From Chrysomallon squamiferum (taxonomy: Eukaryota > Animalia > Mollusca), in the NCBI GenBank assembly GCA_012295275.1, contig CM022678.1:20088001-20152000 (forward strand): a DNA stretch of 64,000 bases, in the 5' to 3' direction. This document shows, piece by piece, positions 40,626-55,620 of the stretch. The number at the start of each line of letters is the position of its first letter. Position 1 is the stretch's first letter. The notes beneath the pieces are model-generated. The model saw nothing but the letters and a program-made list of their open reading frames with translations. It ran no database searches and was not told where the DNA came from. The position numbers and the translations under genes are program-made.

Positions 40626-41881
40626 GAAAAACATTAATTTTCATATGCTTTGTCACACCCATAAGCAATTAAACTAAAAACAATATTCTTCATATTTTTA
40701 TCTACTTTAAAAAGAACACACATCAAACAAAAGAAACAAAAAACAACAACAACAAATAGAAAAAAAGAAGAAAAAAAAAAAAAAACAAAAATAACCCATC
40801 AAAATATAAAATAAATAAAATAAAGACCTAGAATTTCCAACTTTTTCAGTAAATTTAATTTTAATTTTAATATTTTTTTTAGTTCATTGGAGCACCAGGT
40901 TTGCCTACATACACATTAGACTGCAGTAACAGTGGAAATGGAATACTCACTGGACCCAGCCTGAATCTGAAAAAAATGAAAGAGAATCAGATAGTTACAG
41001 CCAAGATAGATATGCAGGTAGGTTAATGGATAGATGGAGGGAGGGAGGGATGGATGGATGAATGGATAGATAGTGGATGAATGAATGAATGAATGAATAA
41101 ATGAAATTTGATGTGCAAGTAGATTATAAATAAGGATAGATGGATGATGGGTGGATGGATGGATGAATGACGATGAATGAATGAATGAATGAATGAAATG
41201 ACATGAAGCAGGAGTAACTGATGGAGCAGATGAATGAAACCTGATATGTTAGTAGGTAATCACATGAAGAGATAGATGGTTGAATGAAATAATGGATGAA
41301 TTAATGAGAGTCAAAAATAAATAGAAGGATGTATAATAAATAAATAAATGATTGGATGGATAAATGGATGGAAGAATAAATGGATGACTGTATAAATGCA
41401 TAAATGAATAAAATTATAGATGGATTAATGAATTTGTTTTAGAATTATAAATGAATAAATTAATTGCTTTTTACTTTTCACTTGAAAGATAAGCACTATT
41501 TATTTATTTATTTTTATTTTTGTTTAGGGACACAAGGACGTTGCGACGGTTGAGAGGACAGTGAAGATTTCTCCGAGTGGCCGAGTGGCTCACGTTGATG
41601 TGACATATGTGACAGATGAGGGCGTCGCAAAGAAAATCACCAATGCAGGAGACGTGATGGAAACAGTGGGACAAACCATCAGAGGCCTGAGTAGGCGTTT
41701 AACTCTTTACTTGTTGTAAACAGATACATATCAACTCTAAAACTGTTTAACTCTTTACTTGTGATAAACAGATACATCAACACAATATTTTATTACCCGT
41801 AATAGTAGAAAACAAAAATGTCTTGTTATGATGTGAGAAGTGAATACATCCTCAGAAACCATCAAATATTGAGCTACAACT

Positions 41882-41975
<94 letters not shown>

Positions 41976-43247
41976 GTGTGTTTGTGTGTTTATATTCACA
42001 TATACACAAATGATAGTTGTGACTGTTCTTGTTGCTAAATAAATATTTTCCTTTTCTTCTTTTTAATATTTGGATTTGTTCTAAATAGATAACCAACATA
42101 TTCTTTATTTTAATCAAAAACAAAAGGAAGACAAACAAAGAAGAACCCAAATATTTTCTGACAATTTCATTAGACAAATAAGCTATTTAATGTTTATTGC
42201 AATTAGAAAATTAAACTTGTTTATGTTTAAAAATAATGATAAAATAGAAACAACAAGAAAATAACAAAAAAAAGGAATATAATGTTCTGTCTTAAAGCAA
42301 GTGAAAAATATGAATATAATGTTAAGCATTTCAATGTGCTTTCAATGTGCTTTTCTGTTTTTTCAGCATTTAAACTAACAGACGAAGGTGGAAGAGAAAT
42401 TCCTCTGACTGAGAAAATTACATCCAAAATTAAGGTAAAATTCTGTGAGAAAAGAAAATATTAGTATGAAAGGAGCAGAGTATTTTTTGAAAATTGGTTT
42501 TTTTATTAAAATACACCGACATTGGTATAAACTGAAAAAAAAATGACTGTAATTTAACTTTTTTAATAAAAAGAAGAAAACAAAAGAAAAAAAGAAAGAA
42601 AAAGGAACCACACAACAAGAAGAAGAAAAATAAAAGTTATGTTAATGTATTAAGTTTTTATTAATCACGTCCAATGCAAAAGGAGAATATTTTGAAAGAT
42701 TGTGTTAATTAATTGTTTATTATATACTTATTTTTTAATATCAGTACTGCTGTAATGTTATAAAATAAATGTGTGTGTGTGTGTGTGTTTCTTTTTTTTT
42801 GAATTAATTATTTTTACATATCCTAATGATATTCTCATTCTTCTTCTTATTATTTTTTCCTTCATTTTCTTTTTTTAGCTTAACTGGGTACCCAAAGTAT
42901 CCAAAGAAATGCTTATGGAAGGGAAACTACCAGATATTAAAATTCCTATTTCTGTGACTGACTCAAAATACTGTCACATTAATATACTTGATGGACCAGG
43001 ATTAGAATTTACATTTTCTGTCAAGTAGGTACAATAATATGCAGAATTTGTTTGAATAGTTATTATTATTATTATTAGTAGTAGTAGTAGTAGTAGCATT
43101 GTTACTATTATTACAGTTATTACTATTATTGTTATTACTATTTTTTTTTAAATTGTAGAATATTATAATCATGATGAAAGATAATTTAATATAAATTAAA
43201 ACTCTTCAAAAGATCTTAATAAATGACGTAAAAAAACATATACATAC

Positions 43248-43324
<77 letters not shown>

Positions 43325-46300
43325 CAAGATACATACATACATATATATATATATTTACAATTACATTGAATTATGCAATTGCATCATAAATTCTGTCATA
43401 CAGTATAAATTGTAACTTGCAACATTGTCTGAATATCCATTAAGTTGGTAAAAATGCCCAATAATGAGAATATTAAATTGTGCTAATTATTTAATCGATT
43501 AAACTTGTGATCATTTCAAATTATCATGTGGTTAGAATTCTATGTAAATCAGGGTTAGAATTCTCTGTAAATAGTCATATAATTAGATCTGTTAATTATA
43601 GTGTAAATTATAGTGAAATTACAGTCTCAAAACCTTGAAAGAAACTTGTCCGTTAAAGATCCAGTAAAATTAGAAAATGGTGAAAGGTCCCTTAACTTTA
43701 AATCAGACTGTTTATCTGATGAAAATATAACCACCTTTAATTGGTGTATTTACTGGACTGAATGTCACTTAAGGTGGCACAAATTGTCACTTGGTGTGAA
43801 CACCCCTTTAGTGAAATATAAACTTTTTTTTTTTTTTTTGTTACAGAGGAACTGCTGGACCTCCTTATCAGTTGAAGTGTGTGTGTGAGGGAGGTAACTC
43901 TGTTTCAATGGGACAGCCATTCACTGGTGAAATCATTGTGAAGATACAGGACAAAAATGGCAATGATATTACTGACGTAAGTGTTAGATATTTTAAACAC
44001 TGTCTTATAAGAATTCTTGACCATAAAAAGAAGAATTAAGGTGTTAGTGATACAAACTAGCTAACAGTAGACTGGACTTGCTTCTTTATTTTAAAATATT
44101 CTCATAGCAAATCAAAATTTTGAGATTTTCATTTATTTTCCTTTAATGTTTGTTTGAACATTGGTTGTTGTTATAGTAAACTATTATTAGTCATTCTTTC
44201 TGTTTCTGTAGCTTTTTCATTCTCTCCCTTCCTTCTCACTCTAAACAAAAACAGTTATTGGCTTTTATTAATAATGTATGTATGTATGTGTGTGTTTATT
44301 CATTATGGTTATTTTAATTAACATTTTTAAAGAAAACTTGTTTGAATAATAAATTTTAAATTTCAGTTAAATGTTTTACACATTTCTTCACACTGTCTTT
44401 TTTTTTAAACTTTTAAAATTTTTATACTGTTTTACTATTTAATTTTATATAAATCATCTTTTGACATCCAGTAGCCAATCTGTGTTTTTTGTTAACTATT
44501 CATTCATTCATTAATATGGTTATTTTATTACTTTTTCAATACATATATATATATATATCTATATCTATTTATTTATATCTGTAATCTATATCTATATCTA
44601 TCTACCTATGTATCTATGTATGTATGTATGTATATATATTATGTGTATATAATGTTGATAATTAAAACTGACTTGTTTTCAAGTTGCCTCCGTCAACAAG
44701 CAGAGAGATGTCAGTTAGTGGGGAATATCTGAAAGTTGACGCAGCCATGATTTCCAAACAGCAGGTAAAAATACATTTAAAAAATATTAAAAGTAACAGA
44801 TTTCTAATATACATGCAGTTCTAAATAATACATATTTATCTTCTTTTTTATGTTTTAATGTTTGAATGTATGATAACAAAAAACATGAATGAATCTGTAC
44901 TATTCAAAAAAATACCATCAACACTAACAAAATATATAAATAAATAAAAAAATAACAACAATAACAATAATCATGATGATCTAAGTCTGAAAAAAATGTA
45001 TTTTTTTTTAAAATGAAACATTCTAGAGTGATAATTTTCTTGATTTGAAAGGATGATAAAAAAAAAATGCAGCATGGACCAGTATTTTTAAAAATTGTTA
45101 TTTGTTTCTAATATGAGATACTCAAAAACTTAAAACAGACCAAGTTTTTAATAATTTAAATAATTTCGTTCTATTTTAAATTTCAAATAGTCTATAGAGA
45201 CTGAATATTTACTTATTCTGATAATTTATAGAATATTTAACAATATTTTCATAATATGAAAATTCAACCCAGACTGAATAATTATTAAAACAAGTAATTT
45301 TATTATTTGCAATTTTTTAAGAAGACTGAGTTTATATATTTTTTGACATTTAGTCTGCATTCACAATTTCCTTAAAAGACTGAGTGGTATTGTCCGATAA
45401 ATTAAATATTAAAAGGTATTAATGTTTTATAAAACTCTTGTTAAAGATTTTGTTGTTATATTTTATCATTTGAAATAAGTTAAACAGCAATATTTTAGTA
45501 TTGAACTGTTTTAAATCAAAATCTGTTTCAGAAACACTTTGCAATTCGAGGTATTCAGTTTCTCAATGCACCTCTGGGTCATCAAGAGGTCAAAGTTCAG
45601 TGGAATAAATTTGAAGATTTCGTCAGATTTGATGTTGTAGCTGGTCCACCAAGCAAAATTGACTTACCAGACTGGAATCTGGGACAAGTAAGCCCCATTT
45701 TGATTTGAATTTTTATTTTTATTATTATTATTATTATTATTATTTTTTTTTTTATTTTTATTTTTATTTTTATTTTTAATTTTTTATTTTATTATTATTA
45801 TTATTTATTAAGGCCATTTTTATTTTTAATTTTATATTTATTATTTATTTATTTATTTATTTTATTTTATGTTATTTTATTCATATAATCTGTGATGGTA
45901 CCCATTGATATTTTTGAGAGTAACATCTTTCTTAATTGTGTAAGAACAATTTTGGTAAATATATAAAAATTTTAATTAAAAATATAAAAAATTCAACATT
46001 TTCGTATTAATTTGTCAGTGTTCAAAGTGTCGAGACACTGTTTTAAATCACACTTGTGTTCTCTTTGTAGCCAGTGACTGTTTTCAATGACAGCAAACTG
46101 CCACACCCACTCAAAATTCAGCTCCTAGACGAAGCAGGGAACACATCAAAAACAGCCGACATCAAAGTGCAGCTAGCCAAGGACTCGAAACTGAAGGTTT
46201 TAATAATATCATATCCTTTGTACTTAGTTCATATCACAAGTTACAGATTCATGATGATACCAGACCAGGCCTGTACTAACTATTACGAAATCTATGAAAA

Positions 46301-46374
46301 TCTGGAGAAATTGTTTATACTTTTGTAACAGAAATATTTCACTTATTTTTTCCATGATCCTATAATGATGATGA

Positions 46375-46411
<37 letters not shown>

Positions 46412-47817
46412 GCTGTTATGTTATGTTAAAATTTGTGTTTGATATCCCTTGATGTTATTGTTCAGATGATTCAAAAGATGGTGTATTTAATCCGCAGTAT
46501 GTTGTCACTACAAAAACAGTATATCAGGAAACAAATAAAGATTGTCAATGAGAAAATGATGATTTGAAAAAGACATTAAATATAGTCACTTAGGAAAAGA
46601 TATATTTATAACTAATAAAGATATTTATATCCTTATCATGAAAGTTATTGAATGGAAGGTATGAAAAATTGTCTGGTTATTCTATATATTTTTAAAAATA
46701 TATAATTTTAATATATATTAGAAAATAGTTTTGTTTGAAAAAAGTACATATATTATTTTAATTGTTATTATTATTACAGAAAATATTTTGTTTTGTCTGG
46801 ATTTATTGTTATTATTCTTGTTTTACAGTGTATTATTTTGTTTGTGTTATTATTTATTGTTATTATTCTTGTTTTTAGTAGTACAGTTAAATAACTGTGC
46901 AGTGTATTATTTTGTTTGTGTTAAAGATTTATTGTTATTATTCTTGTTTAGTAGTACAGGTAAATAACTGTGCAGTGTATTATTTTGTTTGTGTTAAAGA
47001 TTTATTGTTATTATTCTTGTTTAGTAGTACAGGTAATTAATTATACAGTGTATTATTATTTTGTGTTAAAAATTTATTGTTATTATTCTTCTTTAATAGT
47101 ACAGGTAATTAATTATACAGTGTATTATTATTTTGTTTGTGTTAAAGATTTATTGTTATTATTCTTGTTTTAAGCTCATACCATTTCCCCAGCCCCTGAA
47201 GACAGATTCTGAAGGTGTTGCTGACTTTGGTTCTATTTCTGTTTGTGGACCAAGGTAAAACATATTAAACTTAGTTTTTTTCTCATAGTAATATGTGTAA
47301 GCTGAGAAAATATATTGAACATATTTTGATATAGAATGGCTTACTGTGTACTGTAACCTGTAGAACACTGTGTTTTGAGAAACTGAAGTTAATAATCCAT
47401 TAAAGTAAATAAATAAGCAAACTAAAACAAAACAAATGAACAAATGATTGAATGAATGAACAAATGAACGAACAAACAAACAAGGAAGGAAGAAGGGAAT
47501 TAAGAATTTTGGGAAATAAATAAATATGTAAAGAATGAAAGAAAGTAACAATGAAAAAAAGAAAGAAAGAAATAATATGTATCTGAACATTTTTCAAGTG
47601 ACAGTGACAAAGGTTTTCATGGGTTAAAATTAAATATGAGTGGTTATCAGAATGACATAACCTTTCAGTCATTTAATTCTCTGGATGTTGTCAGCATCTA
47701 TAATCAGTAATATGCAGACTCTTTACTTGTTTGTAGTCTGAGACAACTCTGTTCTCAACCTTTTGTACATTTGTTTTAGTAGTTCACATGTATTAAAATT
47801 TATTTTCAGTGGAGGTT

Positions 47818-47880
<63 letters not shown>

Positions 47881-47905
47881 ATATATATGTGTGTGTGTGC
47901 GTGTG

Positions 47906-47958
<53 letters not shown>

Positions 47959-48537
47959 CACAAAAATGAGTGAAATCTAATAACCATCTGTATTAACACA
48001 TTTTGAACTGTTCTTAAATATTCATTTCATTAAAACAATTGCAGTGGTTTGTACGAGATTCAGCCGAAAGCTTTCATCAACAAGACAATAATATCAGGTC
48101 CTAAGATAAAAGTGAACGTCCAGCCTGACCCCAATAACCCACAGGAGCTCATAGTGGACTACAGCAAAAATGCTTCGTTTGTTGCCGGCGAGAAACTGAC
48201 AGGTGAGAACTTCAGGTGTAAAACACGATAAAAAAATACACAGCAGTAATTTATCCAGGTGTGTGAGAGGTTAAATAATTAGTATGTAAGTAATTATAAT
48301 TAATTCAGGTATTTGTAAGTTGACAGTATTATAAATTTAGATAAATAATAATTAATATAAATTAATGTAATATGTGATAGTTAATTTGCAAAACATGTAT
48401 AAATGTTATTCAGGTATTGTAGATTATATAAATTTGATGTAATTTAATATTTTTGTGGTTAAATATGAAATATATTTCAATGATTTTTCTGTGTGTAATT
48501 GTCTGTTACTCACACACTCACACACACAACACACACA

Positions 48538-48592
<55 letters not shown>

Positions 48593-48635
48593 ACACAAAA
48601 AAATGCAAACATGCAGAGAAATGTAAAAAATATGA

Positions 48636-48680
<45 letters not shown>

Positions 48681-50998
48681 TAGAAAAAAGTGTAAATACT
48701 GAAAACATGATCAACAGTCCATAAAACAAACCAGCAAAGTTAAAAGTGTAAAAAAAAAAAAAATGATTGACTAAAGAGAAATGGGTGTTTTTAATGTTAT
48801 TATATTTAAAAGTTTTGACATACAATTTATAAAACTGTTTCAGAGTTCACGGTGAAGGTGATAGCTGAAGATGGAAATCTGATGAACACAGCAAACTGTT
48901 CTCACGTCTCTCTCAAACTGTGGAAGACAGACGCAGGAATCAAGGACAGTGTCCCACCCACAAAGGTCAAACAGCTTTGACATGACATTAACATGACAGT
49001 CCATTCTAACTGACAGCCTATTTTAACATGACATTAACATGACATTAACATGACAGTCCATTGTAACATGCTGTTAACTTGCTGACAGCCTATTTTAACA
49101 TGACATTAACTCACTGACATCTTTTGACATCACAGCATCATTCCTCTTTAACATAAAGTCACCTTCCTGACAATAGTTCAGTTTAACACGTGTTACTTTT
49201 TTTAACATGACATTAATTCATTGACATTTCTTTTGGTCATGATATTTGCACACACACACACACTGAAAGTCCATTTTCCTGCATCATTTTTATTTAAGAC
49301 AACCACAATTTACTGTTAGTTGTCTGACACATTATTTCACATTTATTTAGTTCTCTTTAACCTTTCCTTACTTTTCATTTTCCCATGACATTAATTTTTT
49401 TAAAAATATGTCTTAATTTAATTTAGAGTAAATTCTCTTTGAAAAAGTAAAAAAAATATGTATTGAAAATTCTCTGAGTTACTGCTGTTTCTTTTTAATA
49501 ACTTTTAATTAAAATATTATTAGTGATGAAAATCCTAAACACAAAGGATCTTGATCCTGTTAAGGGGTCTTGTATATTTTATTGTTTCTTTGTTTTAGGC
49601 CATAACACTGAAACCTGAGACACCAAATAAAAGTGAAAAGGGGATATTCCATTTTAGGTGAGTACTGTCTCGATGGAATATTCAGTTTTTTTAGTAAATG
49701 ATTTGAAAAGGGAATATTCTTTTTTATTAAGTGAATATTCCCTTGGTGAGAAGGTCTCTGACAAGGAATATTCAGTTTTAGAAAGTAGTGATAGTAACTT
49801 TACTGAAAACATTAATTGAAATTATTTCTAAAAATAGTCATCTTAAGTCCTTGGAATTTAATTATATATTATTTATAATCATTTATTGTTTGCATACTGT
49901 TTATAATTATTTGTTATTTATATATCATTTATAATTATTTATTACTTAAATATTATTTATAATCATTTTTTGTTTCTGTATTATATATAATTGTTTATTT
50001 ATATATTTCTTAGTTATTTATATATTATTCATAATTATTATTTATATATATATATATATATTTATAATTATTTACTATATATATATATATATTTATAATT
50101 ATTTTTTATTTATATTTATTTATAATAATTATTTATATATTACTTATAATTATTTATTATTTATAGATTTTTATTTTTATTTCATTTATATATATATATA
50201 TATAATTCATTATTTTTTATTTATATTTCATTTATTATTTATATATTTATAATTTATTTTATATATGGTATTGTAATTAGTTATTATATATTATAATTAG
50301 TTATATATTATATTATAATTAGTTATTACATATTAGTTATATTTTATTTATATTTATTTATTATTTATATATGATATTATATATTATTTGTATTCATTTA
50401 TTGTGTATATATTATGCTTTTATTGTTTATATATTATTTATAACAGTTTTTGTTTATTTTTGTTTTAGAGGTCACAAACTACCAGAAGAGGCTGGAGCGT
50501 ACAATCTGATATTTGTCTATTACGACAGAAAACACGAACTCTACAGTGCTCTGGTACGTACAGATGTTCTTCTGCTGTTAGTGGTTTCCGTGGTGATTTT
50601 TCTGTTAGTTTGTTAGATTGTATCAAGGATAGACTGTAGCTGAGTGCAGTATTTTTCAGTTGAAGTATGAATAATGACTGTGGGTTCAGTTCTTTTCAGT
50701 TTGGGATGTCATCCAATATGTAGCTGTCTTTATCACTGATGTGATTATTGTTACTCTTCTTACTGTTATTGTCTTAATATTTTTTATAATTATTACTACT
50801 ACTACTACTACTACTACTGACTTCATCACTATCACTATTATTATTATTATTATTAGTTATTACTGTTATTACTATTATTATTTACTACTACTACTACTAC
50901 CATTACTACTACTACTACTACCAGTACTATTACTGTTAACTTCATTTCTTTATTATTATTATTATTACTATTACTACTATTACTGCTATATTTGTATG

Positions 50999-51045
<47 letters not shown>

Positions 51046-52415
51046 CATTGACATCATCATTATCAACTTACTATGTCATTTGTAATGGTTTGAATTAAAT
51101 ACATAGGTCACTAGATAAATTATTCTGTGTGTACAATTGGGTTGTTGTTTTTCGAATCTTGATGGATTTATTCATCAACAGACTTACATATGCGTTCTGT
51201 CTGTGAGAAGGTATATATAACAAAACATTTGCAGCTAATCAGGAAGAATAGCAACTGTTTTCCAGTTTCATTTCATTATAAAAGAAAAAGCAAAAGCAAA
51301 TTTCTGGATACCTCAAAAATTTGACATTAACAGAATTTACTCCTTTGTTTGTTCATCATTCAGTCATTAATTTGTTCTTCATTCATTCGTTTAGTAATTC
51401 GTTCTTCTATTCATTTATCTGTTCATTTGTTCATCAATTAATTTGTTCTTCATTCATTCATTCATTCATTCTTCTATTCATTTATCTGTTCATTTGTTCA
51501 TTCATTCAGTCATTCATTCATTCTTCTATTCATTTACCTGCTCATTTGTTCTTCATTCATTCTTCTATTTATTTATCTGTTCATTTGTTCATCAGTTAAT
51601 TTGTTCTTCTATTCATTCATTTAACTGTCCATTCATTCATTCATTCATTCATTCATTCATTCATTCATTCATTCTTTCTCTCAGATCTCCATCGTGGTGC
51701 ACCCAGGTCCCCCTGTTGAGATTTCCCCCGACGAATCCCCCGGCACGCCCACCGTGTCAAACACTCGCAACGCTGCCTCGCGCTGCCTCATCCGCAGCCT
51801 CAAGGTGACGCTGCGGGACCAGTACAGGAACCTCGTCAGCGACGGCTACAACGGCTCGGTGGAGCTGAAGATCGTCGGCCCGCACGGGATCAACGAAATC
51901 CCCGTGTTTGTGGGCGGGTCGCGCTCCCTGGTCATCCCCTTGACTAACGGAGAAGCAGTGTTACAGGTACGTAGTGTATCAGTACAGCAGATACATTATG
52001 AAAGACACACAGACAGACAGAGTGACATACAGAGTGACAAACAGACAGACAGAGTGACAGATAGACAGACAGACAGACAGTGACAGACAGACAGAGTGAC
52101 AGACAGACAGATTGACAGACAGACAGACAGACAGAGTGACAGATAGACAGACAGTGACAGACAGATTGACCGACATACAGAGTGACAGACAGAGTGACAG
52201 ATAGACAGAGTGACAGACAGACAGACAGACAGACCGATAGAAAGACAGACAGATAGACAGACAGATAGACAGACAGACAGTGACAGATAGACAGTGACAG
52301 ACAGACAGAGTGATGACAGACAAACAAACAGACAGACAGATAGATATACAGACAGACAGACAGATAGATGTAAGGATGGACATACAGAGAAATATAAATA
52401 GAGAAAGACAGAGAG

Positions 52416-52486
<71 letters not shown>

Positions 52487-52985
52487 TGTAGACAGCGTGA
52501 AAGACAGATAGATGTAGTTAGATTTTATAGATAGATGAGATGGAGACAGCAGACAAAAATAAGACTGAAAGGTACAAACACATACAGTTAGACATACAGT
52601 TAGGAATTCAACATGACAGAAAGCATGCACATATGTGTGAATATGTCTGTATGTGTGCGTGTGTGTATGCGTGTGTATGCATGTGTGTGAATAAAATCAT
52701 AAATATGCAAGAAAAGATAACTTGATTAATATGATTTATTATGGAATCTAATATTTCAAGAAAACATACACATGAAATCATGCACACACAGACAGACAGA
52801 TATATACACAAAACAAATGATAAAAGAAAAATGTAACTTGATTGATATGTATTTATTATGGAGCCTAATGTTACAATAAAACACAAGCACACTCATACAC
52901 TTGCACTCACACACACACACACACACCATGAAATGATAACAGAAATGAAACATAGATTAATTTGATACAGACTTTAACTTTGCAA

Positions 52986-53024
<39 letters not shown>

Positions 53025-53198
53025 CATAAAATAATATAATTATTTACATAATCTACAAATGCTACAATAGAACACTAATAATAAAATAATAAAATTAAAT
53101 TTATTACAGAATCTAACACAAGAAAAATCTACACACACACACACAAAATAAAATAATAAAATAAAATGTATTACAGAATCTAATACTACAAGAAAATG

Positions 53199-53231
<33 letters not shown>

Positions 53232-53862
53232 CACAAAAATAATAAAATAAAATATATTACAGAATCTGATACTACAAGAAAATGCACACACACACAGAAA
53301 CAAACTATAAAATAATAAAATGATTACAGAACACACTAGAAGAAAATGAACACACACACACACAGACACACAAACACACACAAAATAAAATAATAAAATA
53401 AATGTATTACAGAATCTGATACTACAAGAAAATGCACATGGGAAGGATGGGTTGGAGTACACACTGAGATGCCAGGTCACGTGTAATGTCATTCCGAAAA
53501 ACAGAGCTGTGCCAGCACTCAATATTCCTTTCCTCTTCTATAACGGTGAGTAGCAGCTTGACACTCTCCTTGTTATTTAACAATTAGTTTAGAACTTAAC
53601 TCACAGAAATATTCATTTTTATAATGGTAAGTACGGTTTATGTATTTTATTTATTCTTGTATAATATTATTTAAGATTCTTCAGTTTTAGAAATCTTTAA
53701 ATTTTTTTTTAATGGTAAGTATCATTTTATTTTATTTATTCTTCATATTTTTAATATTAAGTTTTAACATTCAGATATTATTTTTATAATGGTTTTGTGA
53801 AAATTAACATTCAGATATATTTTTTTTTTTGTACTTTTTTTCTTTTTTTTTTTTTTTTTTTT

Positions 53863-53923
<61 letters not shown>

Positions 53924-54453
53924 TTATATTTTTAATTCTGGTTTAGACATAACCTTTAAATAATGGAAAATTGTGTTTTAATATATTCTTTTATCTCTGT
54001 ATGTGTGTGTGTGTATACTTCTACTTATATTCAAACTTTAGACATAACTATTTTGTAATTTAAAATATTTATGACATTTTCTTACAGTTATCTTGCATTT
54101 ATGTTCATTTTGCAATTTCACCTTCAAACGCACACTTTTATACTGGAATGTCAAATATTTTCTTACAAAAACAGATTGTGTAACATTACTTTACGATTTG
54201 TGAAAATGACAGACAGACATAAAGACATACATTCTGGAATTAAAGATTTTGGTGCTGTTCACGCTTGAGTGAACATCACACCCAGAGCAAGTAGAAGTTG
54301 TTCCATAGATTTACATGCTTTGTATTTACACTTTGCTTTTGTGATGACAGCAACCTTCCTGAAATAAATAAATAAATAAATAAATAAATACATAAATAAA
54401 ATAAAATAAAAATAAATAAATACATAAATAAATAAGAAAATAAATAAGAAAAA

Positions 54454-54486
<33 letters not shown>

Positions 54487-54537
54487 GTGATGTCAGTAAT
54501 AACTAATGATGATAATGTAATGATAATGATGATCATG

Positions 54538-54571
<34 letters not shown>

Positions 54572-55570
54572 TATCAACAGCAGCAGGAATGATAATTATG
54601 ATATATAATGAAAATTATAATAATGATGAGTATGACAATAATGATTGTTATTAAGACAGCACAATGATATTCTTAATGATGATGATGATGGTGAATGTGG
54701 CAGTAGTAGTATCATAGTGTAGTAGAAATACAGTTAATGTTAAAGATAATGATGATAATCATAATAATAATAAGAAGAAGATGAAGTCAAAGAAGAGGAA
54801 GAAGAAGACAAAGAAGAAGAAGAGGAAGAAGAAGAAGAAGATGTACCCAGTAAAATTCCAGGCATTGAAAGTCACTGCATTCTTGGAAACCTTGAAACCG
54901 CTGGAGCATGGAACACAGGAGTTGTCTTCCCTGATGGAAATGAGTGTCAGGTGACCTCGCTTGGTTTCCGTTGGCGACGGGATGGTGATGGTGACGGAGG
55001 TGTTAAAGCTGAGCTGAGATTCGAGTAAGCGGAGAAATATGATTGGTCCAACTGAAACCAGATTTTCCACGTCCCAGTTGACCTCGCGGAGTTTTGCTAG
55101 TACCACTGCCTGCACGTTCATTATCTGGAAGAGAAACGAGTGTGAGAAACGACTGTTTACTTCAGCGACATTTTGAACTTGTTGTTAATCTGTGGTTACT
55201 GGGTACAATTAGAAAAGATGAAAATAACTTCATGATATATTAAACTCATTCATATGTATATTCAATATTCACAAACATGCAGAAAATGGAGGTACAAGCA
55301 CATGCCCAAATACAGACACATACACATATACAAATTCTCTCTCTCTCTCTCTCTCACTCTCTGTCTCTCACTTTTTCTCTCTCTTTCTCTCCTTCTTTCT
55401 CTCTTTCTCTATATATAACCACACACAGATACACACAAAAGAACAAAACAATATTATAAATATAGACTCAATCATGAACATACATGCACACAAACAAAAA
55501 TACATGAATACACACACATAGACACACACACACACACACACACACAGATGTACACACACACACACACACA

Positions 55571-55620
<50 letters not shown>

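Noticed and set aside
43600-43815. Possible DNA-transposon fragment / 91-aa ORF
   Set aside because: No matching terminal inverted repeat, TSD or transposase motif; the ORF is out of frame with exon 29.
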